A DNA stretch of 64,000 nt, taken from positions 256,001 through 320,000 of the forward strand of contig CAXXKA010000006.1 of assembly GCA_963668625.2 (NCBI GenBank). Reading direction: 5' to 3'. Below are positions 19,927-28,453 of the stretch, piece after piece. Source of the stretch: an uncultured candidate division Zixibacteria bacterium (GTDB taxonomy: Bacteria; Zixibacteria; MSB-5A5; UBA10806; 4484-95). Both the position numbers and the translations under genes were made by a program. Each line of letters opens with the position of its first letter. Within the stretch, counting starts at the first letter, position 1. The notes beneath the pieces are model-generated. The model did not search any database. It saw nothing but the letters and a program-made list of their open reading frames with translations, and was not told where the DNA came from.

Positions 19927-19981
19927 TATAATGCTATGTTATGACAATAAAAGATGCCTGAGCTAATCCGGGAGATATATT

Positions 19982-22468
19982 ATGGCTGAAGCAGTAATTC
20001 CGGGAGAACAGTTGCGAATAGGCGTATTCGTTTGCGAGTGCGGGCTTAACATTGCCGGCACGGTCGACTGCGACGCCCTCAGCGAGTATTCGAAAACTCT
20101 GCCTGATGTCGTCGCGGTGGTGCAGAACAAATACACATGCGCTGATCCCGGGCAGAACGAGATCAAGAGGGCGATCAAGGAGCACAACCTCAACAGGGTC
20201 GTGGTTGCCTCCTGCACGCCGAAAATTCATGAACCCACGTTCCGGCAATGTGTCGCCGATGCCGGATTGAATCCTTACCTGTTCGAGATGGTCAACATTC
20301 GCGAGCATGTAAGCTGGGTTCACCAGAATCAGAAGGCGGAAGCCACCGAGAAAGCCAAAGACCTGATTCGCAGCGGCGTTGCCCGATCGCGTTTCCTCGA
20401 ACCGCAGACCGAGGCGGTGGTACCGGTGACCAAAGCGGCGCTTATTATCGGCGGAGGAATATCTGGTATACAGGCGGCGCTCGATCTTGCCGACGGCGGA
20501 CATAAAGTTTACCTGGTTGAGAAGGAGGCAACCATCGGTGGATTAATGGCGGCGCTCGATAAAACTTATCCGACGATGGACTGCTCCATATGAATACTCG
20601 GCCCTAAGATGATGGATGTCGGTCGACATCCGAACGTAGAGCTGATGTCATTCTCTGAGGTGGAAAATGTCTCCGGTTTCGTAGGCAATTTCCATGTCAC
20701 CGTCCGCAAAAAAGCGCGCTATGTAGATCCCACCGAGTGTACCTCGTGTGGTGAATGCGCCAAGGTCTGCCCTGTCAGCAAACCCGATGAATACCAGCAG
20801 GGATTCTCATCGCGCAAGGCTATATACCTGCCGTTCCCGCAGGCTGTCCCGTCCTCGTACATTCTCAATATGGATGACTGCCTGGGCAACAACCCAATCG
20901 CCTGCGGAAAGTGTATGGATGTTTGCGAAAAGAAATGTATCGATTATGACGACCAGGATAAGCTGGTGAATCTCGAGGTAGGCGTTATCATCGTAGCAAC
21001 CGGTATGGATGTCTACGATCCGACCGACTATGACGAGTACGGCTATACCCGTTACGAGAACGTAATAACCAGTATGGAGTTCGAACGCCTGATATGCGCC
21101 GGCGGCCCGACCGAGGGGCATTTCGTTCGTCCTACGGACCAGAACCTACCCAAGAGTATAGGCTTCATACAATGTGTCGGTTCGCGCTCCCGTGATGGTA
21201 GGGGAAATCCTTACTGTAGCAATATCTGCTGCATGAATACCGTTAAAGACACGCTTTTACTATGCGATCATTATCCCGGAGTCGAGGTGAAAGTGTTCTA
21301 CATGGATATTCGCGCGTTCGGTAAAGGATTCGAAGACCTGTACATGCGAAGCAAAGAGGAGGGTGTCAAATACATAAGAGGCATCCCCGGCGAGGTGGTC
21401 GAGAATCACGAATCGGGAAACCTGGTTATGACCGTAGAGAACACTACCACCGGCAAACTCGAACAGCATGATGTCGAGATGCTGGTGTTATCGCAGGGAG
21501 TTATACCTCGCCGTGATGGCGCGAGTATCAAGCAGTTATGCACTCTTTCCACCACCTCGGATGGCTTCATCATGGAATCGCATCCCAAGCTCAAACCTGT
21601 TGATGCTCCCACGAAAGGAGTATTCATCGCCGGCTGTGTGGAATCTCCCAAGGATGTTAAAGACAGCGTAACCCAGGCGAGTGCTGCCGCTGCCCGGGCC
21701 AGCATATTACTCAATAAGGGCCAAACCAAAATCGAGGCTATAACCTCGCAGATAAATCCGGAGGCCTGCAATCTTTGCGGTGTTTGCTCACGGGTTTGTC
21801 CGTACAATGCCATTTTAGCTCCCGATAAGAAAACCGGTAAGCTACCGGTTGTTATCTCGGCGGCTTGTGCCGGTTGTGGAGCATGCGCGGCCGAATGCCA
21901 GCAGGATGCTATCACCATGCGCCATTTCACGGATGACCAGTTAATGGCGCAGGTCGAGGCTATTCTCGATGTCGAGCCGCATAAGCAACTTGTCGTGTTC
22001 GCCTGTAACTGGTGCAGCTACGCCGGCGGCGATATGGCCGGTACCTCGCGTCTTCAGTACCCGGCCACCTGCCGTCTGATTCGTACCATGTGCTCGGGGC
22101 GGGTGGATGAAAAATTCGTGCTGCGTGCTTTCCAGCTTGGCGCACCGATGGTGTTGGTGTCGGGCTGTCATTTCTCTGACTGCCACTATATCAGCGCCGT
22201 ACACTGGACACAGAAACGCATGGATAGACTATGGAGCAAGCTCGATAAGCTGGGCATCCGTCCCGAGCGTTTACAGCTCGAGTGGATATCCGCCGCCGAG
22301 GGGCAGAAATTCGCCAAGGTGATGCGTGATATGGAGGATATGCTCAAAACCGTTACGATGGATGAAATTAAGCACACGATGAAAGCGCTCGATGAAGAGG
22401 AGAAGAAAGAGCTTGCGAAAAAGGCCAAGCAGGCCGAGAAACGTAATTCAGCGGAGGTGAGTACCTGA
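19982..22468 (+). CDS. hdrA: HdrA-MvhD fusion, selenoprotein (UGA 20591-20593 = Sec), 828 aa
   Basis: 19982..20593 and 20609..22468 are in the same frame; readthrough gives LDKTYPTMDCSI-U-ILGPKMMD. HdrA N-domain RIGVFVCECG, FAD motif, ferredoxin inserts, C-terminal MvhD (FACNWCSY...GCHFSDCHY). Confidence 0.9.
20614..20631 (+). promoter_or_regulatory. Bacterial-type SECIS element of hdrA copy 2
   Basis: GGATGTC-GGTC-GACATCC at the same 27-nt spacing as copy 1, with a compensatory C-G to T-A pair. Confidence 0.8.
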
Positions 22469-22620
22469 TGGCGGCGCGTGAGGTTCTATTCAAATGCTTA
22501 AAATGCGGGTACGAGTACCCCGGCATGTTCGATATGGACAATGTCCAGGAACGCTCCTGTCCGAAATGTCGCTCCAACAGTGTGCGGCGTTTACCGATGC
22601 CGAAACCGGCTAAAAAATAA
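22468..22620 (+). CDS. Small zinc-ribbon/rubredoxin-like protein (50 aa), not in the ORF track
   Basis: MAAREVLFKCLKCGYEYPGMFDMDNVQERSCPKCRSNSVRRLPMPKPAKK; TGATG overlap with the hdrA stop, GGAGGTGA RBS, terminator directly after. Confidence 0.8.
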   Translation: MAAREVLFKCLKCGYEYPGMFDMDNVQERSCPKCRSNSVRRLPMPKPAKK

Positions 22621-22642
22621 CTAAACAGACATTTTCTCCCTG

Positions 22643-22666
22643 GGCGTCCGTAATGGCGCCTTTTTT
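22643..22666 (+). terminator. Rho-independent terminator of the kor-hdr operon
   Basis: GGCGTC-CGTAAT-GGCGCC followed by TTTTTT. Confidence 0.7.
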
Positions 22667-22721
22667 GATGGTATAATTAATTTTATTGCAGTCATCTCTG
22701 AAAGCTTTTTTGTTAATCCTC

Positions 22722-22844
22722 TCCTGGCTTGCAAGCGCTGCTTGGAAAAGTTCTTACCCACCTATCGAATGCGTATTCTACCGGAAACCAGGCCATATTG
22801 CGAAATAGCGTTTCGCAACGGAACGGAAAGACCGGATAATAGTG
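22722..22844. repeat. Dispersed ~123-bp structured repeat, copy A
   Basis: Aligns by eye with 59483..59604 (about three-quarters identical); contains three short hairpins. Confidence 0.8.
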
Positions 22845-23039
22845 ATATCATATCTCATAATTATTTCATTGAACATTTTCCAATCTTGATATTATAATAA
22901 ATCAGGTCGCGGGGAGTTATCAGGGTTAATAAATCTTTTAATTGCGCTTATATTTTCATTACCTTTATATATGGGTAGGCCCGATGGAATATTTGGTGGG
23001 CGTGGCTCGTATTGTATAGTAAACCATAAGGAGGATAAT

Positions 23040-26000
23040 GTGTCTCATTTGGAAAATAACCCTGTCAGGGCGAGCCTGCTAGCCGGTGTGCTCGTGCTGC
23101 TGGTGATGGTGTCGGCAGCTATATTGACAGCCGATACCGATATCAATAAAACGGATCTGGATGTTAAAGTGGTGACTTTCTATCCTCGCGGAGTAGTTAG
23201 CGAGCCTACTAATATCACCGTTAAATTTTCCAACGATCTCGTGCCTGATGACTCGCTCAACGAATTAACCGCCAATCACCCGCTTATTATAGAGCCGCCG
23301 ATTTCGGGATTGGCGAAATGGATCGATAACGATAAGCTGAGATATTTTCCCGATGAGCCGTTTTTACCCTCGACAGAATATCAAGTGAAAATCGACACGA
23401 AACAATCCTATACCAACGGTAATCGGGTATCGGAGAAAAAGGAATTCGAGTTTCGGACTCCGGTATTCGTTATAGAAAGAATAAATTTCGATTTGATAAA
23501 TGTGCCCGAGAATAACAATTCGAATGCCCTGACATTCACGATTAGCGCTAATTATCCAATGGATGGCAAAGAGCTTATTAAACATTTCTCGGCCAAATTT
23601 CGCCGCAACGATCCAGATCTGAGTTTTGGGATTTACCGGGGAGATAAGACAAAAGAGGTGGTCATATCCTCAACGGCATTCAAAGCGAATGAAAGCCATG
23701 GCGATATCGATGTCACGGTGAAAAAAGGACTAAATTGCATAAACGGCAATATTCCTCTTCAAGCGGATTACGTGAAAAATATTTATATCCAAAAAGCGCG
23801 ACCATTTACTGTAAACGGCGTCTATCCCGAGGTCTCAGGAAAAGAAGGGCGTATCGTAATAGACCTGTCACATCCGGTATCATTTAAAGAGATCGAAGAA
23901 TTTATCACCATAACGCCCGCAGCCAACTTCGCCGTCGAGCAGCGATACCGGGGAATCGTATTAAACGGTAATTTTCAACCCGGTGAAATCTATACTGTTG
24001 ATATCAGCAAAGGACTTATTTCAGAGGATGGCCAGATATTAGAAAAGGAATTTTCCACGCAAATCCAGATGCCAGACCTTCAACCGTCGATTAAATTCTC
24101 GGACACCGGCTATTACCTTCCTAAAAACGGTAACAGGCTATTGGAAATCGAGACGGTTAATATGGATGAGATCAGTGTTGAGGTCGAACAGGTATTCGTC
24201 AATAATATCGTATATTATCTGACCGGCGGCAATGGCGACAATTATTACTATGGAAGCAGAAATAACAACAATCTTTCCCGTAAGATATTTTCGAAAGACT
24301 ATATCCTGGGTTCGCAACTTAACGAGCCTCTGCAATCGACATTCGATTTAGGCGAGATCGCAGGCGATAGCCTTCGGGGCATATACGTGGTTTCCATCCG
24401 CAAGAAAAACGAACGCTGGAATTACATGCAGCGCAATGTAATGATAACCGATATCGGCATTATCGCTAAAATGTCGGATGATTACCTGATGGTCTGGGCC
24501 AACTCGCTTTCGGGAGCAGAGCCGATAAAGCGCGCCCGGGTAAATTTGATCAGTAACAATAACCAAATATTGCTAGAGGGATATACGAACTCCGAAGGAG
24601 TTGCCGTGTTCGAAAATATCGCCGAAAAGCTGGGCGATTTCGAGCCGTTCGTGATCACGGCCACCAAAGACGGAGATCTATCGTACCTTAAATTTACCGA
24701 ATGCTTATTGCCCTCAGCCGAATTCGACATCCAGGGTAGACCTTTTCTGGCAAAAGGCTATGAAAGCCTCATCTATTCGGATAGAGGAGTATATCGCCCC
24801 GGTGAGACGGTGCATCTGGTGAATGTGGTAAGGGCGGTAAACGGCGAGTTGCCCAAAGAATTTCCCTATATATTATACATTGATGATCCGCAGGGGATGG
24901 AATACAAACGTTATAAACTTACGACAAAAGACGATGGTCTGGAGTCCGTCGATATCGATATGCCCTCATTCGCCAAAACCGGTTCTTACAAAGTCGCGGC
25001 TAAAATCGGGGATGAGGTTATAGGACAATATAGTTACCAGGTCGAGGAATTCATGCCTGATCGGATCAAGACCACTCTCACTATCGAGGGCGATGATTAT
25101 TCGGTTGGCGATGATATCGAAATTAAAGTGAACGGCACCTATCTGTTCGGTACTCCCTGTAAAGGTAATCGAGTCGTAAGTCAGGTTAAAATAGGGACCA
25201 GTAATTTCGGATCGGATAAATATCCCGACTACATATTCTCCGATAACTCCCGCAAGTTCACATCGATAACGAAAAACCTTCCCAACGAAATTCTCGATGA
25301 TCAGGGTAATCACTCGTATTATTACAGGGTGCCATCCAACCTGACACCGCCCTCGGCGTTGGAGATCATGGCCTCGGCAACCGTGCTGGAGGAAGGCGGT
25401 CGCGGTGTGAATGATTATGGCTCCGTCCCGGTTTATCCGTATCGAACTTATCTCGGTTTGCATCGAAATTTCAAAGGCTATGCCAGGGTAGGGGAGGATA
25501 TCACTTATTCGATTATCGCAATCGATAAAATGGATACTACATCGAAAATCGACATTGTTTGGGCGAAGTTCTACAAGATTATTTATCATAACGTTGTGAA
25601 AAAAGATAAAAACGGTATTTACCGCTATGTCTCGGAGGAGCAGGAACAGATTATTGATTCGGTCAAGATAAGTATTGATGGATCACCGGCGACTGCCAGT
25701 TTCACGCCTGGGAGTTATGGCTCGTATCGCTTGAGAGTCTCGAGTCCCGATACCGATCACAGGTCGGCAGATCAGTTCTATGCCTCCGGCTGGGGGTATT
25801 CGCCGTGGTCAATGAAAAATCCCGACAGGCTAGAGTTGGAGTTGGATAAGGACAATTATAAACCCGGCGATAAAGCTAAGTTGCTGGTGAAAGCGCCGTT
25901 CTCCGGCAGACTATTGCTCACTATCGAAAAAGATAAGGTACTCGAATACGAGACTTACGATCTGGATAGTAACACGGCCGAGGTCAAGCTCGATATCAAA

Positions 26001-28445
26001 AAAGAATACACGCCGAATATATACGTATCGGCTACACTCATTAAGGCAACCGGTTCCCTGGAAAGATTTTCGCCGGCGCGGGCGTTCGGTATCGTTCCTC
26101 TTACGGTGATCGACACCAGTAACAAGCTCGATATCAGTTTGACAACGCCTGGCGAGATAGAACCAAACAGGGAAATCGATATCGGCGTAAAAACCGAGCC
26201 TTTCAGCAAGTTGACAGTTGCCGTGGTGGACTATGGTATTCTCCAGTTAACTGGTTTCAAAACTCCCGACCCGTATGATTTCTTCTACGGCAAAAGGAGA
26301 CCATCCCTAAAACCCTACGATATCTACTCGTTCATATTCCCCGATATCGAACCGGCTCGATCGATATTGAGTGTTGCAGGTGGAGCTAGACTTAAAGTGA
26401 TGCTGGAAAGTCAGAAACGGCACGTTAGCCCTATCATATCCAAACGAGTCAAGCCGGTAGCTTTATGGTCGGGCCTAGTAACCAGCGATGACATCGGGCA
26501 AGCCTCGATCAAGTTCGATATCCCTCAATACAACGGCCTGCTAAAGGTGATGGCCGTTGGATTCAAAGATATCAGATGCGGCTCGGCCTCGGAGGAGATT
26601 ATCGTAAAGGATAAAATTCTTATCCAGGAGAGTTTGCCTCGTTTCGTTACCGGGGATGACGAGTTCAACGCTAGAATCGTGGTGTTTAACAATATCGGCG
26701 CTAATGAGGTCGTGACAGTGGAGATGTCCATAGATGGCCCGGCCGAGTTAATCTCCGGTAGCAGGGTACAGGAGCTCATACGGAATAACGAAAAAAGTGT
26801 AATTGATTATAAAATCAGGGCGAGCAAGCAGCCGGGCAATATCAAGTTCACTATTACGGCCTCGGCACACGATCAACGCTCAGAGCTGGTAGTCGATTTA
26901 CCTAACAGGCCGCCGCAGCCCTTAGCGATAGAACACGGCGCGGGCACGATAAAACAAGGTAAACCGGCAACGATAGAGATTCCCACGAACTGGCTCGAGG
27001 GTACTCAAAAATACCAGCTAAAATTAGCCTCGATGCCGGCGTTAAAATTCAAACGCAGCCTTCAATACCTTCTGCGGTACCCCTATGGCTGCGCCGAACA
27101 AACTACCTCCAAGCTATTTCCCATACTGTATTACGATGATATCGTGAAAATCGTCGAGCCGGGTTTGTTCGGGGGGAAAGGCGCGAGTTATTATATCGAG
27201 GAGGGGATAACCAAACTTACCGGAATGCAGAACTCCAAAGGAGGTTTCAATTACTGGCCCGGTGAATACCATCAGTATTACGCCTGGGCGAGCATCTACG
27301 CATCGCATTTTATGGTCGAGGCCAAGATCGCCGGATATTATATAAATGAAAAAGTGTACAAGAGGATGATTAAACATCTAAAAAAAGTAGCAAACGACTC
27401 CTCGCTGGAAAATAACTTCGGAGTTTACCGTATTTACGCCGCCTATGTGCTGGCTATTGCCAACGAATTGGATAACTCGACTCTCGCCGGATTGAAATAT
27501 ATCAATCTCGACAAGATACCTGTTTACGCCAAATTCATGTACGCCGGAGCTATCGCGAAAGTGAAGGGTCCCGATAAGGCATTGTGGCTTTTACCCACCC
27601 AAATCCATATGCAAAACGATGAGCCAACGGAAACGGGCGGCTTTTTCAACTCCTCGCTTAGAGCCAACGCGATTCTCCTCAATATCCTCCTGGATATTGC
27701 TCCCGATAATCCATCCGTGCCGGCTCTTATCGAATCCATATCGAACGAATTAACTTTCAGCAGATGGTACACTACACAGGCTACCGGTTGGGCGTTGATG
27801 GCCGTTGGTAAATATCTCGGTAAGCAGGAGAAAGCCGATTTCACCGGCGAGGTAAAACTTAACGGCGATCGGATTAGCACGTTCAACCAGGATGGTATAA
27901 CCCTGGCGCGGCCTGATCTGGGGGACGGCACTTTAGAGGTTGTGATATCGGGCAAGGGAAATTGCTACTATTACTGGCAATCGAGCGGAGTCAAGCAAAG
28001 TGGTTTAATAGATGAGTACGACGAGCGTTTGCGAGTGAGACGACAATACTTCACCAGCGATGGTCAGCCGATAGATTCCAGTACGCTCAAGCTTGGTGAT
28101 GAGGTTATGGTTAAAATAACGGCCCGTGCGCTGGATAAAGACCTGGAAAATGTCGTCATAAACGATCTTCTGCCTTCCTGTCTGGAAATCGAAAATACTC
28201 GATTGGATAATGTTCGCAAAAGTGATAAACTGGGACGGTCATCCACTGTTGACTATATGGATATTAGAGATGATCGCTTGCTGCTGTTTGCAAAAATAAG
28301 GGAATCCAATGATTTCAACTATTTTTATATGGCGCGCGTTATTTGCGCCGGAGAATTTACCGTGCCTCCGGTTGCCGCCGAATGCATGTATGATCCGTTG
28401 ATCAGGAGCGCCGGTTCATCCGGGAAAATGATGATAATCGAGTAG
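23040..28445 (+). CDS. Bacterial alpha-2-macroglobulin (YfhM-like)
   Basis: Thioester motif YPYGCAEQ, DRGVYRPGE, VEEFMPDR, AVVDYGILQLT, MG domains. Likely start is GTG 23040 after AAGGAGG. Confidence 0.93.
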   Translation: MSHLENNPVRASLLAGVLVLLVMVSAAILTADTDINKTDLDVKVVTFYPRGVVSEPTNITVKFSNDLVPDDSLNELTANHPLIIEPPISGLAKWIDNDKLRYFPDEPFLPSTEYQVKIDTKQSYTNGNRVSEKKEFEFRTPVFVIERINFDLINVPENNNSNALTFTISANYPMDGKELIKHFSAKFRRNDPDLSFGIYRGDKTKEVVISSTAFKANESHGDIDVTVKKGLNCINGNIPLQADYVKNIYIQKARPFTVNGVYPEVSGKEGRIVIDLSHPVSFKEIEEFITITPAANFAVEQRYRGIVLNGNFQPGEIYTVDISKGLISEDGQILEKEFSTQIQMPDLQPSIKFSDTGYYLPKNGNRLLEIETVNMDEISVEVEQVFVNNIVYYLTGGNGDNYYYGSRNNNNLSRKIFSKDYILGSQLNEPLQSTFDLGEIAGDSLRGIYVVSIRKKNERWNYMQRNVMITDIGIIAKMSDDYLMVWANSLSGAEPIKRARVNLISNNNQILLEGYTNSEGVAVFENIAEKLGDFEPFVITATKDGDLSYLKFTECLLPSAEFDIQGRPFLAKGYESLIYSDRGVYRPGETVHLVNVVRAVNGELPKEFPYILYIDDPQGMEYKRYKLTTKDDGLESVDIDMPSFAKTGSYKVAAKIGDEVIGQYSYQVEEFMPDRIKTTLTIEGDDYSVGDDIEIKVNGTYLFGTPCKGNRVVSQVKIGTSNFGSDKYPDYIFSDNSRKFTSITKNLPNEILDDQGNHSYYYRVPSNLTPPSALEIMASATVLEEGGRGVNDYGSVPVYPYRTYLGLHRNFKGYARVGEDITYSIIAIDKMDTTSKIDIVWAKFYKIIYHNVVKKDKNGIYRYVSEEQEQIIDSVKISIDGSPATASFTPGSYGSYRLRVSSPDTDHRSADQFYASGWGYSPWSMKNPDRLELELDKDNYKPGDKAKLLVKAPFSGRLLLTIEKDKVLEYETYDLDSNTAEVKLDIKKEYTPNIYVSATLIKATGSLERFSPARAFGIVPLTVIDTSNKLDISLTTPGEIEPNREIDIGVKTEPFSKLTVAVVDYGILQLTGFKTPDPYDFFYGKRRPSLKPYDIYSFIFPDIEPARSILSVAGGARLKVMLESQKRHVSPIISKRVKPVALWSGLVTSDDIGQASIKFDIPQYNGLLKVMAVGFKDIRCGSASEEIIVKDKILIQESLPRFVTGDDEFNARIVVFNNIGANEVVTVEMSIDGPAELISGSRVQELIRNNEKSVIDYKIRASKQPGNIKFTITASAHDQRSELVVDLPNRPPQPLAIEHGAGTIKQGKPATIEIPTNWLEGTQKYQLKLASMPALKFKRSLQYLLRYPYGCAEQTTSKLFPILYYDDIVKIVEPGLFGGKGASYYIEEGITKLTGMQNSKGGFNYWPGEYHQYYAWASIYASHFMVEAKIAGYYINEKVYKRMIKHLKKVANDSSLENNFGVYRIYAAYVLAIANELDNSTLAGLKYINLDKIPVYAKFMYAGAIAKVKGPDKALWLLPTQIHMQNDEPTETGGFFNSSLRANAILLNILLDIAPDNPSVPALIESISNELTFSRWYTTQATGWALMAVGKYLGKQEKADFTGEVKLNGDRISTFNQDGITLARPDLGDGTLEVVISGKGNCYYYWQSSGVKQSGLIDEYDERLRVRRQYFTSDGQPIDSSTLKLGDEVMVKITARALDKDLENVVINDLLPSCLEIENTRLDNVRKSDKLGRSSTVDYMDIRDDRLLLFAKIRESNDFNYFYMARVICAGEFTVPPVAAECMYDPLIRSAGSSGKMMIIE

Positions 28446-28453
28446 AGTTGGTA

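Noticed and set aside
19924-19945. TGA stop of the hdrD-like gene as another Sec codon
   Set aside because: The protein is complete at that point, another stop follows within a few codons, and there is no SECIS-like hairpin. Both MvhD domains use Cys codons.
8804-22851. GTGATATCAT occurring at 8804, 12154 and 22842
   Set aside because: One copy lies between convergent gene ends and one abuts a dispersed repeat, and GATATC is very common in this sequence; not convincing as an operator on its own.
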